A stretch of 64,000 bases of DNA, taken from contig OY969707.1 of the NCBI GenBank assembly GCA_963702085.1, forward strand, positions 1,071,005-1,135,004, written 5' to 3'. Under the pieces are notes generated by a model that was given only the letters and a program-made list of their open reading frames with translations, was not told the origin of the DNA and made no database searches. Shown here in pieces: positions 41,321 to 50,326 of this stretch (its first letter is position 1; every line of letters starts with the position of its first letter). The stretch is from an uncultured Solirubrobacterales bacterium. Its GTDB lineage: Bacteria > Actinomycetota > Thermoleophilia > Solirubrobacterales > Solirubrobacteraceae. Both the position numbers and the translations under genes were made by a program.

Positions 41321-43669
41321 GTGCCGAAGACCCTGGTGATCGCCGAGAAGCCCTCCGTCGGGCGCGACCTCGCGCGCGTGCTGCCCGGGACCTTCAAGAA
41401 GGAGGAGGGCTGGCTGGAGGCCGAGGAGCACGTCGTCACGTGGGCCGTCGGGCACCTCGTGCAGCTCGCCGAACCCGACGAGTACGACCCCCGGTTCAAG
41501 CGCTGGCGCATGGAGGACCTGCCGATCGTGCCCGACCGCTTCAAGCTCGTCGTGCGCGACGAGCGCTCCCGCAAGCAGATGTCGGTCGTCACCCGCCTGC
41601 TCTCCCGCGAGGACGTCGGGGAGGTCATCAATGCCTGCGACGCCGGCCGCGAGGGGGAGCTGATCTTCGCCTACATCTACGAGAAGGCCGCCTGCACCAA
41701 GTCCGTGCGGCGCCTGTGGCTGAACTCGATGACCACCTCCGCGATGCGGGCCGCCTTCGACTCGTTGCGCCCCGCGTCCGAGGTCGCCCTGCTCGAGCAG
41801 GCCGCCCGCTCGCGCTCGGAGTCCGACTGGATCGTCGGCATGAACGCCACCCGCGCCGCCACCATCCGCCTACGCACCTCCTTCGACGGGGCCGTCTCGC
41901 TCGGGCGCGTGCAGACCCCCACGCTCGCCATCGTCGCCCGCCGCGAGGAGGAGATCAAAGCGTTCGTGCCCGAGCCCTACTGGCTCGTGGACGCTGTCTT
42001 CGCCGCGGGGGCGGGCGGGGATCCGATCGACGGGGAGGGGGGGTCGACCTCCGGGGACGGGGAGGGCGAGGCCAAGGAGCGCGTCTACACCGGGCGCTTT
42101 CACGCCGGCGCCAAACCCCGCCTGGCGACCGAGGAGGAAGCGGTCGCGATCGTCGAGGCCTGTACCGGGCGGGAGGCGACCGTCACCAAGCTCGAGGTCA
42201 AGGAGGCGCGCGAGCGCGCGCCCCTGTTGTACGACCTCACCTCGCTGCAGCGCGACGCCAACACCCGCTTCGGCTTCTCCGCGCGGCGCACCCTCGGCGC
42301 TGCGCAGCGCCTCTACGAGGAGCACAAGGCGCTCACGTACCCGCGCACCAACTCCCGTTACTTGACCAAAGACCTGATCCCCGAGATCAAGCCCACCGCC
42401 GAGCTCGTGGGTTCCCACAAGGAGTACGCCCGCGCCGCCGCGTACGTCACGGGTCTCGACAAGCTCCCCCTCGCGCGGGTGGTCGACGACGCCAAGGTCA
42501 CCGACCACCACGCCATCATCCCCACCCGCTCCGAGCACAAACTCGAGCGCATGTCCGACGACGACCGCCGCGTCTACGACCTCGCCGTGCGGCGCTTCCT
42601 GGCGATCTTCCACCCCGAGGCCGTGTTCGAGAACACCCGCGTGGAGACCACCATCCCGGCTGCCGGGGGGCCGCGCGCCGGGCGCTACGTGTTCCGCACC
42701 CGCGGCAAGGTCTTGATCGTGCCCGGCTGGCGCGGGGTCTACGGGGAGAGCACCCCCGAGACCGGCCGCGAAGGCGGCCCCGGCGCCGAGGAGGACGAGG
42801 GCGTCGAGCAGCCCCTGCCCCGCCTGCTCGAGGGCGAGCCCGTGCAGACCCGCGAGATCAAGAGTCTCGCCAAGGAGACCAAGCCGCCCCGGCGCTACTC
42901 CGACGCGTCGCTGCTCGCCGCGATGGAGACCGCCGGCAAGCTCGTCGACGACGAGGAGTTGCGCGAGGCGATGAAGGAGTCCGGCATCGGCACCCCCGCG
43001 ACCCGCGCCGCGATCATCGAGCGGCTCATCTCCGTCGGCTACATCGAGCGCGACGGGCGCTCGCTGGTGGCCACCGAGAAGGGCCTCTCCGTCGTGCGCC
43101 TGCTCGGCCACCACCCGCTCACCTCCCCCGAACTCACCGGCCGCTGGGAGCACCGCCTCGACGCGATCGAGCGCGGGGAGGATTCCCGCGAGCACTTCAT
43201 GCACGACATCGCCGGCTTCGCCGGGGAGACCGTGAAAATGCTCGACCACGCGCTCAAAGACGTGCGCATCCCCAAAGCGACGCTCGGGCCCTGCCCGGTG
43301 TGCGGGCACCCCATCGTGGAAAACCGCAAGGGGTACTCCTGCTGGGCGCGCAACGACCCCGGCTGCGGGTTTGTGATCTGGAAGTCCAAAGCGGGCAAGC
43401 AACTGTCCCTCGCGGTCGCCCGCGAGCTGATCCGCACCGGCTACACCGCCCGGCCCGTCACCGGCTTCCGCGGGCGCTCCGGGCGCTCGTTCCGTGCGCA
43501 CCTTGCGCTTCAGCAGGGGGCTGACGGGAAATGGCGCGTCGAGTTCAACGAGTCTTGGGCGAAGGAGGGGGCCAAGCCGCCCGACCAGGAGCCGGCCGAT
43601 GGCGCCGCTGCGGTTGAGGTTCCCGCTGATGGTGGGGTTGAGGCCGTGGCTGCTCAGTCGGTGGCGTAG
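41321..43669 (+). CDS. topB: DNA topoisomerase III (type IA)
   Basis: IAEKPSV, DAGREGELIF, SLGRVQTPTL, LTYPRT, GIGTPATRA; C-terminal Zn ribbon. Confidence 0.93.
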   Translation: MPKTLVIAEKPSVGRDLARVLPGTFKKEEGWLEAEEHVVTWAVGHLVQLAEPDEYDPRFKRWRMEDLPIVPDRFKLVVRDERSRKQMSVVTRLLSREDVGEVINACDAGREGELIFAYIYEKAACTKSVRRLWLNSMTTSAMRAAFDSLRPASEVALLEQAARSRSESDWIVGMNATRAATIRLRTSFDGAVSLGRVQTPTLAIVARREEEIKAFVPEPYWLVDAVFAAGAGGDPIDGEGGSTSGDGEGEAKERVYTGRFHAGAKPRLATEEEAVAIVEACTGREATVTKLEVKEARERAPLLYDLTSLQRDANTRFGFSARRTLGAAQRLYEEHKALTYPRTNSRYLTKDLIPEIKPTAELVGSHKEYARAAAYVTGLDKLPLARVVDDAKVTDHHAIIPTRSEHKLERMSDDDRRVYDLAVRRFLAIFHPEAVFENTRVETTIPAAGGPRAGRYVFRTRGKVLIVPGWRGVYGESTPETGREGGPGAEEDEGVEQPLPRLLEGEPVQTREIKSLAKETKPPRRYSDASLLAAMETAGKLVDDEELREAMKESGIGTPATRAAIIERLISVGYIERDGRSLVATEKGLSVVRLLGHHPLTSPELTGRWEHRLDAIERGEDSREHFMHDIAGFAGETVKMLDHALKDVRIPKATLGPCPVCGHPIVENRKGYSCWARNDPGCGFVIWKSKAGKQLSLAVARELIRTGYTARPVTGFRGRSGRSFRAHLALQQGADGKWRVEFNESWAKEGAKPPDQEPADGAAAVEVPADGGVEAVAAQSVA

Positions 43670-43732
43670 GGGCCGAGACTGGCGCCGAGCCGGTCGCTTG
43701 ACGCATCAGAGCGAAGGCGGGCGCTCGCCGTC

Positions 43733-43816
43733 TCATTCATCCGCTGGGAGCAGCCGGAATGGCATTCCGTCTGCGCTCAGCACCCGGAAGTGTCGCTCGT
43801 CGGGAGTCAGGATCTC
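43733..43816 (-). pseudogene. C-terminal remnant of a VapC PIN toxin
   Basis: Translates EILTPDERHFRVLSADGMPFRLLPADE*, resembling the typical ILTLDxRHFR..FxLLP VapC tail; begins at the antitoxin's 3' end. Confidence 0.75.
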
Positions 43817-44034
43817 ACGCCGAAGCCGCGGGCGAGTTCCTCATCCACCCGCTCCGCGAGGGTCGGATCGCCGCTCTCGAACAGCGGCAACCGCGGCGGC
43901 GGGTAGGCGTGGCTGGCGGTCGCCGACGCCAGCGCCGAGCTCACGACCTCGGCCTCGCTGCGGCCCTCTGCTGTGGCAGTCCGCTCCAGCGCAGCCTTCA
44001 GCTCGTCGGGGAGGTATATAGCCGTCCGCCTCAT
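43807..44034 (-). CDS. CopG/RHH antitoxin, VapB26-like
   Basis: MRRTAIYLPDELKAALER..G.SEAEV..PPPRLPLF..LAERVDEELARGFG closely resembles VapB26-type antitoxins. Confidence 0.85.
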   Translation of the reverse strand: MRRTAIYLPDELKAALERTATAEGRSEAEVVSSALASATASHAYPPPRLPLFESGDPTLAERVDEELARGFGVRS

Positions 44035-44157
44035 GCCACGCATCCTGCCACGCGTTGCGTGTGGTAGTGCGGGAGCGAGGGGGTCGGTCCGGGCTTCGCA
44101 CATCCAAGGACCGAGCCGATGATGTCCGGGCGGACTGGCAGGATTCCGGTCGATAAA

Positions 44158-44343
44158 ATGAGACCCGTGGCGAAGAAGCAGACCAACGGCAAGCCCGAGC
44201 GTCTCAGCCCGGAAAGGCTGGCTGAACTGACGCACCCGCCTGTTTACAAGACTCCCGAGGAAAGACGCGCGGCCTTGAAGCGTGCAACCGAGGGATTTCG
44301 GGTCAAGGTCCGCGTGACGCCGGACATGTACGGCCGACGGTAG
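44158..44343 (+). CDS. Small basic hypothetical protein (possible antitoxin)
   Basis: About 61-aa charged ORF followed 3 nt later by a short PIN-like start. Confidence 0.4.
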   Translation: MRPVAKKQTNGKPERLSPERLAELTHPPVYKTPEERRAALKRATEGFRVKVRVTPDMYGRR

Positions 44344-44346
44344 GCC

Positions 44347-44451
44347 ATGACTCCTGTAGGCGGGCGCCAGCCCGCCACGCGTGGCGTGTTTGCGATCGAG
44401 GAACCGGAGTTCCCGTTGCCAGACCCGGTCGCGCTCGACACGACCGGTTGA
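44347..44451 (+). pseudogene. Possible truncated PIN-domain gene (N-terminus only)
   Basis: MTPVGGRQPATRGVFAIEEPEFPLPDPVALDTTG*: stops just after a VALDT PIN-like first strand. Confidence 0.3.
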
Positions 44452-44532
44452 GCCCGGGTTGGCTGCCCTCCCGGCGGCGGGAGGACCGAGCACCCGACCC
44501 GCAGGACTCTCACGAGCTCATTCCAACGCGTC

Positions 44533-45147
44533 TCACTCCCACCAGCGAACGGGTCGGTCGCCGGGTCGCAGTGCGAACATGTAGATCTGCGCCTCGATCC
44601 GCTGGTCGATCAACTCGCCGTCGTAGGGCATGCCGGCCTTGCGGAAGCGCGCGCGGATCAGTTCCTTGGCCGCTCGGTTGGCCGGGTTCACGCCGCACAG
44701 GTCAAACGCGTACTCGGGTTGCAGGAACAGAAAGATGCGACCGGGGTCCTTGGTGTGCTTGCTATGGCCGGTCGGATAGCAGGGGGCGAACACGTTCACG
44801 AAGAGGCGCAGGCTCGCGAACTCGAACTGCCACTCGACGGTGTCGAATGGCCCGTTCATGCAGTCGCTAGCAGCCGGGTCCTGCGCGTTGAGGCGGTGAA
44901 GCGCGTCCTTCAAGGACGCCTTCACGCACTGAAAGTTGGTGGCCTCGCGCTCGGCGATCTCGATCACGAAGCCGTGTGAGCGCTCCCGGTGCGCGGTGCG
45001 TGCCCAGTCGGTAAGGGCCGTGCCGTTTCGCACCCAGTTCGCCTCATCGGGGTCTGCAGGCTCCCAACGTGGGCCGTAGCGGACGCGAGCACCCCGTGCG
45101 TATGGGCAAAGTGTCGAACTCTTCACGGCGGCGAAACCCTCGGCCAT
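44533..45147 (-). CDS. YqcI/YcgG-family protein
   Basis: CPYA near the N-terminus, WQFEFA..LFVNVFAPCY..HSKH, FLFLQP..FD, IRARF pattern. Confidence 0.75.
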   Translation of the reverse strand: MAEGFAAVKSSTLCPYARGARVRYGPRWEPADPDEANWVRNGTALTDWARTAHRERSHGFVIEIAEREATNFQCVKASLKDALHRLNAQDPAASDCMNGPFDTVEWQFEFASLRLFVNVFAPCYPTGHSKHTKDPGRIFLFLQPEYAFDLCGVNPANRAAKELIRARFRKAGMPYDGELIDQRIEAQIYMFALRPGDRPVRWWE

Positions 45148-45156
45148 CGCAGGAGC

Positions 45157-45789
45157 TCAGCCGGAGGTTGCGTGTAGCGCGGGGTCACTCCAGTCACCGG
45201 CGGTTAGTCGGTTCTTGGCGCCCAGGTGCCAGCTGTGTGGGTCGGTCTCGTAGATCTGCTCGAACATCCTACGGGCGGTCTCGGTTCGTAGCTGCGCCCG
45301 GACGCGCTTGCGTGTCTCGCGCAGTGTCGTCTCGAAGTCGAGTCCGCGCGAGGTGCACTCCATCAGCTCTAGGTCGCAGTCGAGGTTGTCGGCGTCCTTG
45401 ACGATCTGGGACTCGAGCGTGAGCTGCGCACGATACTCCTCCCACAGGGCTGCCACGTCCCTCTCGATGGCGGTGTCGCGTACGGCGTCCTGCATCGCCT
45501 GGGTCTCGTCACGGTCGACGTACATGCGGGTCACGTAGTTGACGTCGCCGGTGCGGGTCTCGGCGAGGTCGTGCACGAGCGCGAGCTGAACGACCTTCGC
45601 GGTGTCGGCGGCCTCGTGCTTGGCGAGCGTGAGTGCCAGCCAGATCACCCGGAGGCTGTGCTCGGCGACGTTTGCGAGGCGCTGGTCGTTTCCGAACTGC
45701 ACCCAGGCCCTTGCGACCTGCCGCAGCGTCCCGAGCTCATACAGCAGTTCGGTGTCGCGTCGCAAGATCTGGTCTTCGCGCGGATCCAT
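45157..45789 (-). CDS. HD-domain phosphohydrolase (YfbR/HDDC2/OxsA-like)
   Basis: R..W, NVAEHSLRV, ALVHDLAETRTGD, VKDADNLD (H..HD..D). Confidence 0.9.
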   Translation of the reverse strand: MDPREDQILRRDTELLYELGTLRQVARAWVQFGNDQRLANVAEHSLRVIWLALTLAKHEAADTAKVVQLALVHDLAETRTGDVNYVTRMYVDRDETQAMQDAVRDTAIERDVAALWEEYRAQLTLESQIVKDADNLDCDLELMECTSRGLDFETTLRETRKRVRAQLRTETARRMFEQIYETDPHSWHLGAKNRLTAGDWSDPALHATSG

Positions 45790-45812
45790 TGTGAGCCTTC
45801 CTTACGTGGTGT

Positions 45813-47665
45813 TTAGCGTACCGGGTGGGTGACGAGGATCCCGGCGAGACCCTCGGGTGTGAGCCGTTCGATGAGGCTGCGCGCGTATGCGGCTGCGGCC
45901 GCGGCTGCATAGTTGTGCCACAGGTCGTTCTTGTTCGGGTCACCGTAGTCGCAGGCGGCCCGCACGATTCCGTATGGCTGGGCGTGATCCCAGGCGGCGC
46001 TCGCGATCCCGGAGGCCTCCATCTCGATCGCGCGCAGCGCGTGCGCGCTTGCGAACTCATCGCGCACGGCGGAGTCGCGCAGCAGGATGTCCGAGGAGCC
46101 GATAATGCCGCGGAAGACCCGCGGGCGACCGGCACGCCGGGCGCTGTCGCGGGGGTGGCGCACCCTGCGGCCCTGCGCGTCACGCAGGACGTCGCTCCCG
46201 GCGGGAGGACGCGCGAAGACCGCGTTGGCGAGCAGTCGCTGCAGATACTCCTCCCAGGGGCGCGAGTCGTGTGCCAGCTCATCGGCAGCGAGTGCATTAA
46301 TCGCATCGAGCAGCACCGCGCTCGGCGGCGGCAGCGCGTCGCGGTGGACCAGGCCCGCCTCCGTGGCGACGCCTGAGGTGAAGCCGACGACGCCCTTGCG
46401 GTCAGAGACGACGATGTCTCCGAGGCGAACGTGCTTCGAAGGGTCTGTCGGGCATGGGACGCCGCAGGCGACGCCGACCATCAGGACGAGGCGCACCCCC
46501 GGGAAGCTGCGGATCAGGTTCGCCGCGGCGGCGGCCGCGCTGTCGGTTCCCGTCCGGCGCAGCTGGGTGAGCGCGACCTGGTGGGCACCGACACGCATGC
46601 CGTCGCAAACTGCCGGTACGCTCCCGACCGTATAGCGGTTCGGGTCGCCGGGCACGGTGCGGGTGGCAGGGGACTCAAGCAGCTCCCGCATCGCCGCGAA
46701 CTCCTCCGCCAGTGCGGTGACGATCCCGACCGAGCAGTCCATGTAGCCCATATTCGGGGTCCGGTGAGTCCCAGCGGCGAGGTTCGCGGCGCTGCTCGCG
46801 AGCGCGTGGGCACTCGCATCCAGTGGCTCGCCGCGCTGCAGGATCGGCCACAGCTCCCCCACTCCGAGGACTTCCTGAAGCGCAGCAGCTCCCCAATGTT
46901 GGCGCGGTCCAGCAGCACCATGAGGTTCAACGCCTTGAATGCCGTGGCCGTCCGGGCGAACGACAGCGCGACCTCGGCGCGCAGCTGGAACGGGCTTGCG
47001 AGATAGACGAGATCGCCGACGATCTTCGCGTCCAGCGAGCGAGCATAGCCGTCGATGTAGGCGGGCTCGATGATGCTTGAGAGGGCGAGGGTCGAGACCT
47101 CCACCCGGCGCTTGGAGAGAAGCTCACGGACGTGGGCCGCGACGAATGCCCTCTGCTCGAGCATCTCGGGAATCATCTCCCAGGCGTGCTCAAGGCAGCC
47201 GAGCGACGAGCCGGTGCTACCGGGGCCTAGGATGTCCGCCAGCGCGTCGTCGTGCAAGACGGCCATCCAGCTGGCGGTGATCTCTGCCCGGGAGGAGCCG
47301 CTCTTCTGGCGGTACGGGGGCGCAGAGACGTGGGGCATCGTAGTGTATGCGCGCGGGATGCCGCCCGGCAGACCGCGCGGGTACTGGGGCAGCTTTTTCT
47401 CGCGGTGTTCCTCCAAGGAGTCCTGGGCAGCCGAAATGTAGATCACACCGAGCTCCATGAGCTCGACGTGCTCTGCGAGCACGAGCCGGGCGAGCTCCCC
47501 CTCGAAGTAGGAGGATGCGGGAAGATAAAGTGTCTCGCCCACCAAGGCAGCGAGACGAAACGCCCTGCGCGCCTCGATGAGCAGCATCTCCTCCTCCGCG
47601 TGGCCGCCGCGGAGCGCTCGGCTGTAGTGATACAGGTCAAGGAAATGCAGGTAGATACGTGACAT
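45813..47665 (-). CDS. Unknown N-terminal domain fused to PNP_UDP_1 nucleosidase domain (split by a 1-nt loss at about 46856-46860)
   Basis: C-terminal part: VGIVTALAEEFAAM, LMVGVACGVP, VRLGDIVVS, AIEMEASG, VRAACDYGD..KN..W..YAA. One extra G in the minus-strand G5 run joins ..RKSSEW to GELWPIL. Confidence 0.75.
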
Positions 47666-47704
47666 GGACTTGCTGCGGTTCTAGCTACGGATCGTCGCGC
47701 GTGT

Positions 47705-48451
47705 TTAGCCCGACGGTGTCGACGAGGCGTTCTGGAAGGCCAGGCAGTAGATGTTCTCCTCCCGGTCGCTGCGTGGGAGAATCTCCAGCCTAGTGAGCGT
47801 CAGGCCTCCTGCAAGGAGCACGCTAAGCAACTGCTCAAGGCGCGTGGCGTGGAAGGATTCGTGTGCGTTCGTGAAATGGTCGAGCTTCTCCAGCACAGCG
47901 TGGCCGGTCAGGAACGCCGCGAGGGTCTCCTTGGGGGCGGGCGTCGCGTGAACGTCGGCCAGCACGTCGGGCAGGTAGAGCAGCAGCGTGCCGGCAGGGT
48001 TCAGCATCGCTCGCAGGTTCTTCGCGAGCTGCGGGGTGATCTGGAGCTCAAGGGTCGTGAACACCGCGAACGCGACATCCCCGTGGATCTCACTCGGTGG
48101 CGCGGCGCCGGCCAGGTCATGGACGAGCGTCGCTACCGCCCAGCTGGATGACATCGACGTGAGCGCGAAGCGCAGCAGCGACTCGTCGATGTCCACGAGC
48201 GTCCACGAGATCCCGGCGGCCCAGGGCGCACGTGCGAGCGTGCGTGTGACGTAGCCGGTGCCTGACCCGAGGTCGAGCACCGACCGTGCCCGCGATGAGC
48301 ACAGGACGCCCGCCAAATGTGGGACCACGACCTCGTTCCGCACCTTGTCCGTGGTGCACCCTTGCTCCCAGGCGTCCGGGTCGCGGGCCGCGCGGGCGTG
48401 GCTCCTCTGTAGGGCAGATGCGGGCTTCATGGGGGCAGATGCGGGCTTCAT
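47705..48451 (-). CDS. Class I SAM-dependent methyltransferase (small-molecule type)
   Basis: SVLDLGSGTGYV motif I, TLVDID motif II, LNPAGTLLL post-III motif; start at 48451 or 48430. Confidence 0.88.
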   Translation of the reverse strand: MKPASAPMKPASALQRSHARAARDPDAWEQGCTTDKVRNEVVVPHLAGVLCSSRARSVLDLGSGTGYVTRTLARAPWAAGISWTLVDIDESLLRFALTSMSSSWAVATLVHDLAGAAPPSEIHGDVAFAVFTTLELQITPQLAKNLRAMLNPAGTLLLYLPDVLADVHATPAPKETLAAFLTGHAVLEKLDHFTNAHESFHATRLEQLLSVLLAGGLTLTRLEILPRSDREENIYCLAFQNASSTPSG

Positions 48452-48453
48452 GG
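48412..48453. repeat. 21-bp perfect tandem duplication covering the methyltransferase start
   Basis: GGGCAGATGCGGGCTTCATGG twice; gives MKPASAP-MKPASAL. Confidence 0.9.
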
Positions 48454-48599
48454 CTATGTGGCGCGTCGGGAACGACGATCCTGTGGCGACGCCCCGAACA
48501 ATACTTCCGCAAATAGCGGCATCAGGCTAGATGTTCAGAATGATTGGACCCCGGGCGGGCGGGGGAGTCGTCCGTTCCTGGTCGTAGCATTCGCTGGTC

Positions 48600-50300
48600 A
48601 TGAGCGCCCTGAGACTTCTTGAGGACACCCAGCTCCAGCGTAAGGCGCGGGGCGCGTTCTTCACCCCGCAGCCGATAGCAGAGTACCTGGCGGAGTGGGC
48701 GATCGAAGGGGACCCGCGGGCGAGCGTCCTTGACCCCACCTGCGGCGAGTCGGTATTCCTGCAGGCCGCCGGGGAACAGCTCAGGGCGCTCGGTGCTGAC
48801 CGTGCGCAGCTGCGAAGCCAGGTTCTCGGTGTTGACCTTCACGAGCAGTCCGTGCGGCAGTCGATCTCCGAGCTCGCCGCCCGTGGCCTGGACGCGTCGC
48901 TGCTCGTCGAGGACTTCTTTGAGCTCTCCCCCCCGAATCGTCTGGATGCACGGCTGCCGTATGTCGATGCGGTGATCGGAAACCCGCCGTTTGTCCGCTT
49001 CCAGAACCACGCCGGCATGGAACGCAAGCGCGCTCAACGCTGTGCCCTGGAGCAGGGCGTCCGTCTGCCTGGAGTCGCATCCTCTTGGGCGGCGCTTGTA
49101 GTTCACGCGTGCGCGTTCTTGAAGCCCGAGGGACGCTTGGCGATGGTGCTGCCGATGGAGCTGCTGACGACTGGATATGCCGAGCACATCAGGCTGTGGC
49201 TAAAGCGCCGCTTCAAGGCCGTTCATCTCGTCATGTTCGAGCGGCTGCAGTTCGCGGATGCCTCCGAGAAGGTGATCCTCGTGCTCGCCCGTGGGACCGG
49301 AGGATGCAAGGCGTTCACGCTCGTACCGGTCGAAGACGCCGAACACCTGCGCGAGATACGGATGTTCGGTCCGATGCACCTGAGCGTCGCCCCACCCCAC
49401 GAGGGCAAGTGGACCGACCTACTGCTCTCGGTCGAGCACCGCCAGCTATATGATCGGATCGTCGATGATCATTTCATCGAGCTGCGCGAGTACGGCGCTC
49501 CGTCGCTCGGGACCGTCACGGGCGCGAACGGGTTTTTCTGCATCACCGAGCAGACCCGACGCGCATACGACATCGCCGAGCATCATCTCGCACGGATCTG
49601 TCCGCCGGGATCCAAGCATCTTCGGGGTCTCTCGTTCTCCAAGCATGACTGGGAGCGTCTGCGTGACGCCGGTGAGAGAGTGTGGATGCTTGTGCCCGAC
49701 CCCAAGGGACAGTTCGAGGCGGGTTTGCGCCGCTACCTGCGTGAGGGCGAGCAGCAGGGTGTGCCCGGTCGGTACAAGTGCCGGGTGCGAACCCCGTGGT
49801 ATCGGCCGCCGCTGGTCTCGCCCCCGGACCTATTTTTCACTTACATGTCCCACCGTTACCCGCGCCTGATCAACAACAGTGCGCGGGTCTCGTTCGTGAA
49901 CTCGATGCACGGCATCCGCCTGGCGCACGGGCTGCCGCGCGAGGTCAGGGCGGCGCTGCCGATCCTGATGCTCAACTCCGCGACGATGCTCGGCGCCGAG
50001 CTGCACGGCCGTGGCTACGGCGGTGGGCTGCTTAAGATGGAGCCCCGCGAGGCGGGGATTCTTCCGGTCCCGCGACCGGAGTTCCTGCAGGCTGCGTGGC
50101 GGCGGCTGAAGCCCGAACGGGCGCGGCTTGACCGAGCGCTGTCCAACGGCCTGTGGACTGGTGTGCTTAAGGACGTCGATGAGGCGCTGCTACACGACGC
50201 GTGTGGCGTGCCTCGGGGGGAGGTCTCCGCATTGCACCTCGCTTCTCGCGAACTGCGGAACGCTCGCATGAGCATCGCTGATACAGGGGCGCGAGGCTAA
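48600..50300 (+). CDS. N6-adenine DNA methyltransferase (gamma class) of an R-M system
   Basis: GAFFTP (motif X), VLDPTCGE..FL (motif I), VIGNPPF (motif IV), LKPEGRLAMVLP; C-terminal TRD region. Confidence 0.92.
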   Translation: MSALRLLEDTQLQRKARGAFFTPQPIAEYLAEWAIEGDPRASVLDPTCGESVFLQAAGEQLRALGADRAQLRSQVLGVDLHEQSVRQSISELAARGLDASLLVEDFFELSPPNRLDARLPYVDAVIGNPPFVRFQNHAGMERKRAQRCALEQGVRLPGVASSWAALVVHACAFLKPEGRLAMVLPMELLTTGYAEHIRLWLKRRFKAVHLVMFERLQFADASEKVILVLARGTGGCKAFTLVPVEDAEHLREIRMFGPMHLSVAPPHEGKWTDLLLSVEHRQLYDRIVDDHFIELREYGAPSLGTVTGANGFFCITEQTRRAYDIAEHHLARICPPGSKHLRGLSFSKHDWERLRDAGERVWMLVPDPKGQFEAGLRRYLREGEQQGVPGRYKCRVRTPWYRPPLVSPPDLFFTYMSHRYPRLINNSARVSFVNSMHGIRLAHGLPREVRAALPILMLNSATMLGAELHGRGYGGGLLKMEPREAGILPVPRPEFLQAAWRRLKPERARLDRALSNGLWTGVLKDVDEALLHDACGVPRGEVSALHLASRELRNARMSIADTGARG

Positions 50301-50326
50301 GGGACGCCCGCTCGGGATGCCCGACG

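Noticed and set aside
17748-44000. Many long Arg/Pro/Ala-rich ORFs overlapping real genes (e.g. 17748-20156, 22829-25030, 37430-39739, 41440-43524)
   Set aside because: These are shadow frames expected in very high-GC DNA; they have no motifs and overlap well-supported genes.
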